Positions 9,273-18,604 of a stretch of DNA of 64,000 bases are shown here, one piece after another. The stretch is from assembly GCA_963667175.2 (NCBI GenBank), contig CAXXXF010000007.1:64001-128000 (forward strand), given 5' to 3'. The notes beneath the pieces are model-generated. The model worked only from the letters and a program-made list of their open reading frames with translations, searched no databases and had not been told where the DNA came from. The stretch's first letter is position 1. Each line of letters starts with the position of its first letter. The DNA is from Candidatus Latescibacterota bacterium (GTDB lineage Bacteria; Latescibacterota; UBA2968; GCA-2709665). Made by a program: the position numbers and the translations under genes.

Positions 9273-11460
9273 ATTCGACTCCATACTCAACGCCTTCCTC
9301 ATTCGCGGCAAACAACGGAAGATCTTGTACAGATCCCCCAGGTTGCATACAAGCTTCTACATCGGTCAATCCCCCGAAATCGCGCACCCAATCAGCAACA
9401 CGAAGCATACGTCTATTTGTGGGTTCATCCATATTCCATCCAAGTCGCAAGGACCATATTGCCAGCCGTATCAGATGCCCATAGATAATACATCTGGTGT
9501 CGCCTCGGGTAGGCTTCACGTTGCCGCGCCGAAGTCGACCAAGGTCCTCTGAAACGATCCGAGCTAAGTCGCCGGGTGTATTTGCCAGCCATTCTCGTCG
9601 CGATGTTCCAGTTTTGCGGCAAACAAACACAGTATCGACAATGGAGGAATTCGTCCCTTCAATATGTATGGATGAACCCATTTCCGCGGGACACGGAAGC
9701 GAAGCCGAACAGGTCAAGCCTGAATCAAGAATAGCGACGGCTACAGGGAAGTATGCTTCGATGGTATTGTGGTGATAGGTAAATGCCAGAGGGGATCCAG
9801 GCTTCAATGCATTGGCCATTCGTCGAAAAACACACGAGAGCCCATCAGTGAAATGATCTATCCCGCGTCCCATCGCTACGTTGCCCGTCAACTCATTTGG
9901 TGTGCGAGTGGTCGGGACCTTAAATGGGCCAGTACTCTCGCCAACCAGCCTCCTGAGCCAAACATAGCAGAAATCCATGAGTTCAGCGTATTGCACATTG
10001 GCAAAATAGGGTGGATCGGTAAACACGGCATCAAGGGAACGCTCAGGTAACGTGGCTGATGCTGCGTCTCTGCAGGATATGTCGACTACACGAACAGAAT
10101 GGGAACCGTCGCCATTTATGCTGCCGCCGATCCGTTCCCCTGAGACATGGACGACTTTCTTTTTTTTATTCTGATATTTTACTTCAAAGGGATGATCACA
10201 AAAAGACTTGGCTTTCTTGAACTTTTCGATAATGTTTGCCCAGCCGCCGCTGCCCACACACGTGGAACGACCCGGATCCATAATACCAATTATGTTGGAC
10301 TCGCAATGAATTAAACCCACCGGGAATCCGTGGACAGAGAAAATGTCCAAAGACTTTAATGCCCTGGTATCGTAACGACAGAGCATGTTCTGATAGCGGA
10401 GTAAGTCGGAAAGATTGGTCGCCAGCGCGGCGCGGAGTCTCTCGTTGGCGTTTTTGCCGATAAAATCGGCTGAAAGTTCCAGTCCGAGTAGTTGACGGCT
10501 GTTGAATAAGTCACGATAGCGTGAGTATCCCCACCGGTGCAGCCGGTCTGTTTCATCTCCTGCCGGAATCTGATCGTCCGGAGTGTATTTGGGCGACATT
10601 TTCGCCCATCGACGTTCGACTTCCACTAGCCGCGCCATATCCTGTTTATCTGGTTTCTTGAAGAATCTCCCAGTGTGGGATGGCTTGCAAACGGGACAAT
10701 GGTATTCCAGTGCAAAATTGCGGTGTCTTGGGGGACCATCACGTGCATCCGGATATTTATTCTCGGCGCCGCAGGCACTGCAAGAGCATCGGTTACGCCG
10801 AGCAGGCCCGTTAATTGTAAGCTGGTAGTCGCAGGATTTACAATGGCCGGGCGTTTTCCGATTGACGGCCTCGTTGAGTTCTCCACAAACCGGACAGACA
10901 AACACGTCTCTTGGATGTCTTGAATCTGCGGCCAGCAGATAGCCGGGGAAGAGATCGATCTCCCTTCCACATTCATAACACGATTTGACCTTGACCCACA
11001 GAAAGTATTTAACGTGGGCTTCATCTGATCCACATATCGTACATCGCGTTCGATAAAGCGGGCCGATTTCAATTTCCAGTTTTTTTCGAAGTTCTTGTGC
11101 GGCTTCCGTATAACTGCTAAGGTCAAGAGATTCGATTTCCTGCCTGACAATCCAATACGACATCGGATTTATGTCGAATCCCGTCACGTTGCAACCGAGG
11201 CGGTTCGCTTCCAGTATAGGTGTGCCGCCGCCCATGAACGGATCAGCTATATGGACTCCGGAGAGGTCATTGGTCCTGTAGAATGTCTCTTCTATTGGCC
11301 TGTCTAAAAACTCCGACAATAGCAAACCGCGGAACAGGGTGCCGGGACGTCGAGCGAACCACTTGTGAACCGCGATAATCGGCCTGTAGTTCTGCTGTAT
11401 TTGCTTTTCCCTTAGCGCCAGATCAGCAATGAAAGCTACGTTGAAATGTCTTTCGATCAT
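9253..11460 (-). CDS. DUF1156-type adenine-specific DNA methyltransferase with Zn-ribbon insert
   Basis: HKWFARRP, DPFMGGGT (SAM binding), FTDPPY (catalytic) and multiple CxxC pairs. Confidence 0.88.
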   Translation of the reverse strand: MIERHFNVAFIADLALREKQIQQNYRPIIAVHKWFARRPGTLFRGLLLSEFLDRPIEETFYRTNDLSGVHIADPFMGGGTPILEANRLGCNVTGFDINPMSYWIVRQEIESLDLSSYTEAAQELRKKLEIEIGPLYRTRCTICGSDEAHVKYFLWVKVKSCYECGREIDLFPGYLLAADSRHPRDVFVCPVCGELNEAVNRKTPGHCKSCDYQLTINGPARRNRCSCSACGAENKYPDARDGPPRHRNFALEYHCPVCKPSHTGRFFKKPDKQDMARLVEVERRWAKMSPKYTPDDQIPAGDETDRLHRWGYSRYRDLFNSRQLLGLELSADFIGKNANERLRAALATNLSDLLRYQNMLCRYDTRALKSLDIFSVHGFPVGLIHCESNIIGIMDPGRSTCVGSGGWANIIEKFKKAKSFCDHPFEVKYQNKKKKVVHVSGERIGGSINGDGSHSVRVVDISCRDAASATLPERSLDAVFTDPPYFANVQYAELMDFCYVWLRRLVGESTGPFKVPTTRTPNELTGNVAMGRGIDHFTDGLSCVFRRMANALKPGSPLAFTYHHNTIEAYFPVAVAILDSGLTCSASLPCPAEMGSSIHIEGTNSSIVDTVFVCRKTGTSRREWLANTPGDLARIVSEDLGRLRRGNVKPTRGDTRCIIYGHLIRLAIWSLRLGWNMDEPTNRRMLRVADWVRDFGGLTDVEACMQPGGSVQDLPLFAANEEGVEYGVEYAEVPF

Positions 11461-11609
11461 TTGGTCACTTCCACGCTTGTTCGTTCACCCTGCACAGCAA
11501 TTGGACCGACCTGAATTTACTGATACTCCTGATTCACAAAACAAAACAAAAAAAACGCCACCCTCGTTGAACCTGAAAGCAGCGATTGGCGGGAGACGTT
11601 CAAGGGGAT

Positions 11610-12167
11610 TCAGACCTCCATGATTTCCTCTTCCTTCCGCGCCAGCAGCTTGTCGATCTCCGCCACGAAATCGTCGGTCAGCTTCTGCGCCTGGTCCTGC
11701 CCCTTCCGCGAATCGTCTTCAGGGATCTCGCCCTCTTTCTGACCGTCTTTGAACATCTCGTTTGCGTCCCGTCTGGCATTGCGCACGGAGACCTTGCACT
11801 CTTCCGCCATCTGGCGCACCACGCGAACGAGTTCCGTGCGGCGCTCTTCCGTCAGGTGCGGGATCGGCAGACGAATGACGGTCCCGTCATTGGACGGCGT
11901 CAGGCCCAGATTCGACGACTGTATGGCCTTTTCAATCGCCGGGATCGCGCTCTTGTCCCACGGCTGAAGAACGATGAGCCGCGGCTCCGGAACGCCAATG
12001 GTGGCCACCTGGTTGAGCGGCACATGGGTACCGTAATACTCGGCGCGGATATTGTCCAGCAGTGACGTGTTTGCGCGTCCGGTTCGCACCGTCGAGATTT
12101 CGTACTGAAACGCTTCGACGGCCTTCGCCATCGATTGCCTGGTCTCTGAGAGAATCTCGTCAACCAT
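11610..12167 (-). CDS. frr: Ribosome recycling factor
   Basis: RTGRANTSLLD, YYGTHVPLNQVA, LTEERR and KEEEIMEV motifs. Confidence 0.97.
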   Translation of the reverse strand: MVDEILSETRQSMAKAVEAFQYEISTVRTGRANTSLLDNIRAEYYGTHVPLNQVATIGVPEPRLIVLQPWDKSAIPAIEKAIQSSNLGLTPSNDGTVIRLPIPHLTEERRTELVRVVRQMAEECKVSVRNARRDANEMFKDGQKEGEIPEDDSRKGQDQAQKLTDDFVAEIDKLLARKEEEIMEV

Positions 12168-12172
12168 CTGCC

Positions 12173-12772
12173 TCAGCTCTCCTCTCCCAGAACAAACCGC
12201 ACGAACCGTCTGACGGTGACATTCTCGCCGCACTGGGCGATCAGGTCCATCAGCAGGTCTTTGACCGTCTTGTCCGGATCCTTCACGAAGGGCTGTTCCA
12301 TAAGGCAGACTTCCTGGAAGTACTTCTCGAGACGCCCCTCTACAATTCGGTCGATTACCCGCTCGGGTTTGCCCTCGTCCAGCGCCTGCTGTCTGAAGAT
12401 TCTGCGTTCGCGCTCGATGCTTGCCTCGTCCAGCTGCTCGCGGCTCACGGCGGCCGGCGCGCTGGCCGCGATGTGCATAGCCAGGTCGCGGACAAAGGTC
12501 CGGAACTGATCGGTTCGGGCGACGAAATCGGTCTCGCTGTTGACCTCCAGCATCACGCCCAGCTTGCTGCCGGTGTGAATATACGACGTGATCAGCCCTT
12601 CGTTTGCCGCCCGCTGTGAACGGTCTTCCGCCCTGGCAACCCCGCGGGTGCGCAGCAGCTCGATGGCTTTTTCCAGATCCCCGTCACTCTCGACGAGCGC
12701 CTTCTTGCAGTCCATCATGCCCACGTTGGTCTTGGCGCGCAGTTCCTGAACCATCTTCGCAGAAATTGCCAT
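12173..12772 (-). CDS. tsf: Elongation factor Ts (short form)
   Basis: GMMDCKKAL, EVNSETDFVA and VRRFVRF motifs. Confidence 0.97.
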   Translation of the reverse strand: MAISAKMVQELRAKTNVGMMDCKKALVESDGDLEKAIELLRTRGVARAEDRSQRAANEGLITSYIHTGSKLGVMLEVNSETDFVARTDQFRTFVRDLAMHIAASAPAAVSREQLDEASIERERRIFRQQALDEGKPERVIDRIVEGRLEKYFQEVCLMEQPFVKDPDKTVKDLLMDLIAQCGENVTVRRFVRFVLGEES

Positions 12773-12817
12773 GGTTTCTCCCCGCTGGCGTAACGCCTTT
12801 CCCTTCTGATTCGTCGG

Positions 12818-13582
12818 TTATTCGCTGGCTTCGGTAATTTCAGTAATTTCCGGCCCGAGCAACTGGGGTTCGTCGTCCGCCCTGTCGGGACCCTCCCGTC
12901 GAATCTTCTGACCCTCGAGCACCGCATCGGACACGAGCCGGGTGAGGAGTCCGATAGACCGGATGGCGTCGTCGTTGCCGGGAATCGGATAGTCGACGTC
13001 GTCCGGATTGCAGTTGGTGTCGACGATGGCCACCACCGGAATATTGAGGCGCCTCGCTTCGTGAACGGCGATCCTTTCTTTCTTGATATCAATCACGAAT
13101 ACCAATCCGGGCAGCCGGCCCATATCCCGGATACCGCTCAGGGATCTCTCCAGTTTCTCCCGCTCACGTTCCAGCCGCAGTACCTCTTTCTTGGTCAACT
13201 TCTCGTAGGTCCCGTCCGCGCCCATCTTGTCGAGCGTTTCGAGGCGCCGAATACTCTGACGGATGGTCTGGTAATTCGTCAACATCCCGCCAAGCCAGCG
13301 CTCGGTGACGTGAAACATCTCGCAACGCTTCGCTTCCCGAAGAATGACGTCCTTCGCCTGTTTCTTCGTTCCCACGAAGAGGACGGATTCACCCCGTTCC
13401 ACGGCCTGGCTGATCATCTGGCACGCTTCTTCGATCTGCTTCATCGTCTTCTGCAGATCGATAATGTAGATGCCGTTGCGTTCGATAAAGATGAACTTTC
13501 TCATCTTCGGATTCCAACGTCGGGTCTGATGCCCGAAGTGGACTCCGGCCTCGAGCAACGCTTTCATTTCAACGACAGCCAT
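12818..13582 (-). CDS. rpsB: 30S ribosomal protein S2
   Basis: [28 protein letters not shown] and PGNDDAIRS motifs. Confidence 0.98.
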   Translation of the reverse strand: MAVVEMKALLEAGVHFGHQTRRWNPKMRKFIFIERNGIYIIDLQKTMKQIEEACQMISQAVERGESVLFVGTKKQAKDVILREAKRCEMFHVTERWLGGMLTNYQTIRQSIRRLETLDKMGADGTYEKLTKKEVLRLEREREKLERSLSGIRDMGRLPGLVFVIDIKKERIAVHEARRLNIPVVAIVDTNCNPDDVDYPIPGNDDAIRSIGLLTRLVSDAVLEGQKIRREGPDRADDEPQLLGPEITEITEASE

Positions 13583-13591
13583 ACAATCCTC

Positions 13592-13700
13592 CTGCGACTC
13601 CGGGTTGAACCTCTGTGACCGTCATTCCGCAGGCCCGCCGGAAACCGACACCCGGCCTGAAGTCGGGGCACATGTGAAATAGGCGCGCTGTCGGGTTTGC
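13592..13700 (-). promoter_or_regulatory. rpsB leader (t44-like autoregulatory RNA)
   Basis: Position 5' of rpsB; tttcacatgtg...gaggttcaaccc-g...aggagg arrangement resembles rpsB/t44 leaders. Confidence 0.5.
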
Positions 13701-13729
13701 ACAACACGCCATTTAAAAAAAAGGTCCGA

Positions 13730-14122
13730 CTAGCGTTTCGAGAACTGGAACCGTTTGCGCGCCCCGGGGCGACCCGGCTTCTTCCGCTCCACCTCTCGCG
13801 CGTCGCGGGTCAGCAGCCCTGCCTCCCGCAACGGCCCCTTGAGGTCCTCGTTCAGGGCGAGCAGGCCCCGGGCGATGCCAAGCCTTACGGCGCCGGCCTG
13901 GCCGCTGAGACCCCCCCCCTTGGTGCTGGCGACGATATTGTACTGCCCAATCGTCTCCGTAACCGCCAGCGGCTGTTCCACGATCATCACGAGCGTCTCC
14001 CGCTTCAGATAATTCAGAATCGGCGCGCCGTTGATGGTAATCTCTCCGGACCCGGAAAACAGCTTTACGTTTGCCGTGGCCGACTTGCGCCGGCCTCTGG
14101 CAGAAGCAAGGATTTCTGCCAA
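13730..14122 (-). CDS. rpsI: 30S ribosomal protein S9
   Basis: GRRKSATA, GGGLSGQAGA and ARKRFQFSKR motifs; TTG start after GGAGG. Confidence 0.98.
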   Translation of the reverse strand: MAEILASARGRRKSATANVKLFSGSGEITINGAPILNYLKRETLVMIVEQPLAVTETIGQYNIVASTKGGGLSGQAGAVRLGIARGLLALNEDLKGPLREAGLLTRDAREVERKKPGRPGARKRFQFSKR

Positions 14123-14177
14123 GACCCGACCTCCTCTCGGTCAACGAACTTCGAACGATGCTTCGGTTCGGCGGAAA

Positions 14178-14612
14178 TCAAATCAGGTCGATCGCTTCGG
14201 GCACCTGACTCTCATGCGGATGATCGGGCCCCGCGTAGATCCGGACCTTCTTAATCATCCTGCGACCCAGCTTTGTGCGAGGCAACATCCCCCGGATGGC
14301 ATGCTCCAGCACGAACACAGGCTGGGTTTCGAGCGCCCGCTTGAGTGTCTTGGTTTTAAGGCCGCCCGGATAACCGCTGAAGCTCGTATAGACCTTCTGT
14401 TCGGGTTTGTTGGCGCCTTTGACAACGAGCCTGTCGGTGTTTACCACGATCACATGATCGCCGGTATCCACGTGCGGCGTATAAAACGGTTTGTGTTTGC
14501 CCATCAGAATCCGGGCCACCTCGCTCGCGAAGCGACCCAGCACCTTGCCTTCGGCATCAGCCAGAAACCATCTGCGTTCGACGTCGGACTTTTTCGCGCT
14601 CGGCGTATTCAT
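14178..14612 (-). CDS. rplM: 50S ribosomal protein L13
   Basis: GKHKPFYTPHVDTGDHVIVVN, GYPGGLK and GMLP motifs. Confidence 0.98.
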   Translation of the reverse strand: MNTPSAKKSDVERRWFLADAEGKVLGRFASEVARILMGKHKPFYTPHVDTGDHVIVVNTDRLVVKGANKPEQKVYTSFSGYPGGLKTKTLKRALETQPVFVLEHAIRGMLPRTKLGRRMIKKVRIYAGPDHPHESQVPEAIDLI

Positions 14613-14694
14613 AAAATCCGAATGGCGTCCACGTGCACGCCAATTTCGAATTCACCTCCTCTCAACGACGTTTGCGCACAATGTCAAGCCTCAA

Positions 14695-14723
14695 AAGATA
14701 TAGAACACGTTTATTTCTGTCAA
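14695..14723 (-). promoter_or_regulatory. sigma70-type promoter of rplM-rpsI
   Basis: TTGACA-17 nt-TATCTT on the minus strand. Confidence 0.7.
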
Positions 14724-14742
14724 GCACAAACCCTTATTTGAC

Positions 14743-15000
14743 AAAAAATGCGCCGCGATTCGGGAGCCGGCTTTCCGGCCACGTCTCACCACGGCGCATT
14801 GATCGAGACGGCTTCCATCTCACGGCGCCCCCACTCGCATCGCGGGGGCCCGTCGGGACGACGGATCGCCTGTCTTTCGATGGCTGCTTAGATTCGCCAG
14901 GCGCGTTACCAGACGAGATGTTCTCCCGCACCCGGCAGCGCACCTAACGACAGCCACCTCCACTGGTCATATCGCTCATTTGACCACCTCCTTTCCGTGT
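14743..15000 (-). ncRNA. Candidate free-standing structured RNA (multi-stem junction plus pseudoknot, contains a micro-ORF); family not recognised
   Basis: Own promoter; at least eight complementary helices; closing stem followed by a U6 tract; see finding. Confidence 0.65.
14944..14979 (-). CDS. Micro-ORF MSDMTSGGGCR inside the structured RNA
   Basis: ATG directly after GAAAGGAGGTGGTCAA (extended SD) and a TAG stop; translation is unproven. Confidence 0.3.
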   Translation of the reverse strand: MSDMTSGGGCR

Positions 15001-15007
15001 AAGCGAA

Positions 15008-15036
15008 AATATAGGCCACGGAACCGTGGAAGTCAA
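15008..15036 (-). promoter_or_regulatory. sigma70-type promoter driving the candidate RNA
   Basis: TTGACT-17 nt-TATATT; predicted +1 near 15000. Confidence 0.7.
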
Positions 15037-15054
15037 AGGCTTTCTCCAGCCGGG

Positions 15055-15957
15055 TCAGGTCCGCGGATCCAGCGCATCCCGCAATCCGTCTCCGACCAGG
15101 TTAAAGGCCAATACGGTCAGGAAAATGGCGACGCCGGGAAAGGTCAGGACCCACGGCGCGCGCAGTACCAGTTCGCGTCCGCCCGTCAACATGGCGCCCC
15201 ACTCCGGCAACGGCGGCTGCGCGCCCAATCCCAGAAAGCTCAGGCCCGCCGCATCGAGTATGGCCGTCGCCAGGCCCAGCGTGGACTGAACGATCAGCGG
15301 CGTAAGGCAGTTCGGGAGAACCGAAGAAAACAGGATTCGGAAATCGCCGCCGCCAAGCGCTCTCACGGCCTGCACGTAATCCTGCCCGCGCACGGCCAGC
15401 GCCGATGCCCGCACGAGCCGGGCGTACTGCGGCACCGCCACGATTCCGACGGCCAGCATCGCGTTTTCCAGTCCCGGTCCCAGGATCGCGACAATGGCAA
15501 TGGCCAGAAGGATGCTGGGAAACGCCAACATCAGGTCCATTGCCCGCATCAGCGTCTGATCCAGCGCGCCGCCCCAGTATCCCGAGGCCAGCCCGATCGG
15601 AACGCCCGCGACCAGTGCGATCAGAACGGCTGCAACCCCCACCCGAAGCGATATCCGGGCGCCGTGGATCACGCGACTCAATACGTCTCTGCCGAAATCA
15701 TCCGTACCGAACGGATTCGACAGCGACGGCGGCTGAAGGCGGTCGTACAGGTTCTGGGCAAGGGGATCGTGTGGCGCCACCAGCGGCGCGGCAACGGCTA
15801 GCAACAGGAATGCCAACAGGAGTACGCCGCCGCCGGCCGCGAGCCGGTTCTTGAGGAGCCGCTTCCAGAACAGCCCGCCCCATCCGGAAACCGATAGAAC
15901 GCGCGGATCACCGGCTTCCACAACCTGCCCCGCGGCTGTATGGAATGGCCGGTTCAC
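15055..15957 (-). CDS. dppC: Dipeptide/oligopeptide ABC transporter permease
   Basis: FGTDDFGRDVLSR, LSFLGLGAQPPLPEWG and GDGLRDALDPR motifs; GTG start overlaps the dppB stop. Confidence 0.9.
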   Translation of the reverse strand: MNRPFHTAAGQVVEAGDPRVLSVSGWGGLFWKRLLKNRLAAGGGVLLLAFLLLAVAAPLVAPHDPLAQNLYDRLQPPSLSNPFGTDDFGRDVLSRVIHGARISLRVGVAAVLIALVAGVPIGLASGYWGGALDQTLMRAMDLMLAFPSILLAIAIVAILGPGLENAMLAVGIVAVPQYARLVRASALAVRGQDYVQAVRALGGGDFRILFSSVLPNCLTPLIVQSTLGLATAILDAAGLSFLGLGAQPPLPEWGAMLTGGRELVLRAPWVLTFPGVAIFLTVLAFNLVGDGLRDALDPRT

Positions 15958-16967
15958 GTTCCTCTCCCGTGTCGGATCCTCGGGTCCAGCCACGCGTACA
16001 TCACGTCCGCAACGAGGTTGATCAGAGCAAATGTCAGCGCAACCAGCAGAACCCCGCCCTGCACGGCCCTGAAGTCCCTCGAATAGACCGCGAGCAGCAG
16101 CCAGCGCCCCACGCCCGGCCAGGCGAAAATCGTCTCCGTGATGACCGCTCCTCCGAGCAGGAAACCGAACTGCAGGCTGATCACGGTCAGCACGGGAATG
16201 AACGCGTTCTTGAGGGCGTGCCGGAAAATGACGATTCGTTCCGGGAGTCCCTTCGCCCATGCCGTGCGCACATAGTCTTCTTTCAGCACGTCGAGGAGGC
16301 TGGACCGCGTCATGCGCGCAATGACGGCCATTGGCACGGTGCCCAGCGTGAGCCCGGGCAGCACGAGATGCCACGCCGCGTCGCCGAAAGCCGGCCAATC
16401 CCACGCCAGCAGACTGTCGATCAGGTAGAGCCCGGTCACTTCCGGAATAAACAGGTGGGTGCTGAGCCGTCCGGAAACGGGAAACAGCCCGAGAAAGACC
16501 GACATCAACAGAATGACCATCAGACCCAGCCAGAAAATCGGCATGGAGAGCCCCGCCAGGGAAGCCGTCATGCCGAGATAATCCATGACGGATCCCTTTC
16601 GTGACGCCGAGACCACGCCGGCAAGGATCCCGAAGCCGCAGGCAAGCAGCATGCTGGTCAACGTAAGTTCGAGCGTCGCGGGAAACCTGGCCAGCAACTC
16701 GGAGGAGACTTTCGCGTGCGACTTGAACGAACGGCCCAGATCGCCCTGCAGCAATCCCGCCAGGTACAGACCCAGCTGGACGTGCAGGTCCCTGTCAAGC
16801 CCCAGCTGCTTTCGCAGTTCCGCCACCTGTTCCGCGTTCGCGCGTTCTCCCAGCATCACCTGCGCCGGATCCCCGGGAACGAAGTGGATCATCAGAAACA
16901 CCAGGACCACAATGCCCAGCAACATGGGAACCAGCAGAAGCAGCCGTTTCAGGATGTAGACGCCCAT
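15954..16967 (-). CDS. dppB: Dipeptide/oligopeptide ABC transporter permease
   Basis: PGDPA, FPATLEL, DYVRTAWAKGL, HALKNA and ETIFAWPG motifs. Confidence 0.92.
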   Translation of the reverse strand: MGVYILKRLLLLVPMLLGIVVLVFLMIHFVPGDPAQVMLGERANAEQVAELRKQLGLDRDLHVQLGLYLAGLLQGDLGRSFKSHAKVSSELLARFPATLELTLTSMLLACGFGILAGVVSASRKGSVMDYLGMTASLAGLSMPIFWLGLMVILLMSVFLGLFPVSGRLSTHLFIPEVTGLYLIDSLLAWDWPAFGDAAWHLVLPGLTLGTVPMAVIARMTRSSLLDVLKEDYVRTAWAKGLPERIVIFRHALKNAFIPVLTVISLQFGFLLGGAVITETIFAWPGVGRWLLLAVYSRDFRAVQGGVLLVALTFALINLVADVMYAWLDPRIRHGRGT

Positions 16968-17041
16968 GGCGCGCGTGGCCTCGATAGGTTCAGGATCGTG
17001 CCGTTTTCCGCAGCTTTCGGCGGCGGCTTCCGGCGGCGCCC

Positions 17042-18604
17042 TCAGTCCGCCTGCTCGATACGAACGTGCTGGAACCACTTGCTTCCGGTGGGATGCAGGG
17101 TGAAGCCGGTCACCGTCTTCTTGAAAGCGGCGGTCTGGGCCGCGTGCACGAGGGGCGCCCAGGGCGCATCGTGGAAGACGATCTCCTGCGCCTTTCGGTA
17201 GAGCCCGGTCCTTACGTCCACGTCGACTTCCCTCTGCGCCTGCACAAGCACGTCATGCAGTTCGTCGCTGCGGTAGAACGCGATGTTGTTGGCGGGATGT
17301 TGCGTGGCGCTCTTGTCCAGAAGCACGTAAAGAAAGTTGTCCGGGTCGCCGTTGTCTCCGGTCCAGCCCAGAAGCGCCATATCATGCTGACCTCGCGAAA
17401 CCTTGTCCAGATAGGTTCCCCATTCGTAACTCACGATTTCCGCCTCTATACCCACCGCCTGCAGGTCGGCCTGGATGGCCTGGGCTATTTTTCTGGGCTG
17501 CGGCATATATGGGCGCGGCACGGGCATGGCCCACAGCGTCGTCTTGAATCCGTCCGCGTATCCGGCGTCTTCCAGCAGCTCGCGCGCCCGTTCGGGATCG
17601 TAGGCGTAGCCGTCGATGCCTTCGTGATAGCTCCACATCGACGGCGGAATCGGATTCACCGCGGGCAGCGCCAGACCCTGGTACAGATTATCCACCAGCG
17701 CCTGCTTGTTGATGGCGTGATTCACCGCACGCCGCACCTTTATGAGATGGAACGGGGCCCGGTCCATGTTCATTGCCAGGTACCCCACGTTCATCCCCGG
17801 CTGAGTCAGAAGCCGAAGCTCCGGATGCCCTTCGATATTCGGGATGAAATCGGGCACGAGGTGATCCATTCCGTCAATCGAACCCTGGATGAGGGCAATC
17901 AGACGCACGGAATTTTCCGGAATGCTTCTGAAAATCAACCGGTCGATCTGCGGCGCATCGCCCCAGTAGTCGGCAAATCGCTCCAGCACCACACGGTCGT
18001 CCTTGATCCATTGAACGAACCGAAACGGACCGGTGCCCACGGGGCGCCGGGGAAAGTCGGCGCCGTGTTTCCGTACGGCGGAGGGACTGACGATGCCACA
18101 GAAATTCATGGCGAGATTCGACAGAAACGGCGCATTCGGACGGGACAGCTCAATGGCGACCGTGTGGTCGTCCACCCTCTTTACGTCGCTGACGACGTCG
18201 CTCATCGACATGCTGTTCCAATACTGATACGCGCCCTCGACACGATGAAACGGATGGTCGGATCTGAACTGCCGGGCGAGCGAAAAGACCACCGCGTCCG
18301 CGTTGAACGGGGTACCGTCGTGGAACCGCACGTTCTTCCTGAGTTGAAACGTCCATGTCCTGAGGTCTTCCGAAACCTTCCACGCTTCCGCGAGACCCGG
18401 CGCCAGTTCCGTAGTTCCCGGCTGAAACGTGACAAGGTTATCGTATATATTGTCGCATACCTTGAATGACTCGCCGTCTGTCTCGAGCGCGGGATCCAGA
18501 CCCACGGTATCACCGCCCCTTCCGAATACCAGGGTTCGGGGGCGCTCTTCAACGCAGGCGATCAGGGTCGATAACAGAATCAGCAGAACGACAAACATCC
18601 GCAT
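17042..18604 (-). CDS. dppA: ABC transporter substrate-binding lipoprotein (family 5)
   Basis: Lipobox LIAC; FHDGTPFNADAV, PVGTGPF, MPVPRPY and GWTGDNGDPDNF motifs. Confidence 0.92.
   Translation of the reverse strand: MRMFVVLLILLSTLIACVEERPRTLVFGRGGDTVGLDPALETDGESFKVCDNIYDNLVTFQPGTTELAPGLAEAWKVSEDLRTWTFQLRKNVRFHDGTPFNADAVVFSLARQFRSDHPFHRVEGAYQYWNSMSMSDVVSDVKRVDDHTVAIELSRPNAPFLSNLAMNFCGIVSPSAVRKHGADFPRRPVGTGPFRFVQWIKDDRVVLERFADYWGDAPQIDRLIFRSIPENSVRLIALIQGSIDGMDHLVPDFIPNIEGHPELRLLTQPGMNVGYLAMNMDRAPFHLIKVRRAVNHAINKQALVDNLYQGLALPAVNPIPPSMWSYHEGIDGYAYDPERARELLEDAGYADGFKTTLWAMPVPRPYMPQPRKIAQAIQADLQAVGIEAEIVSYEWGTYLDKVSRGQHDMALLGWTGDNGDPDNFLYVLLDKSATQHPANNIAFYRSDELHDVLVQAQREVDVDVRTGLYRKAQEIVFHDAPWAPLVHAAQTAAFKKTVTGFTLHPTGSKWFQHVRIEQAD

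Noticed and set aside
14734-14947. ORFs 14734..14943(-) and 14633..14947(+) as proteins
   Set aside because: No recognisable motifs; the dense base-pairing explains the region better.
14980-14996. 16S rRNA 3'-end-like sequence (gaccacctcctttc) on the plus strand
   Set aside because: Only about 14 nt with no flanking rRNA sequence; better read as an extended SD on the minus strand.
17066-18469. Long antisense ORFs (also 33985..35547, 46755..48218, 48637..50280, 54819..56168)
   Set aside because: Shadow frames of well-supported genes, expected at high GC.
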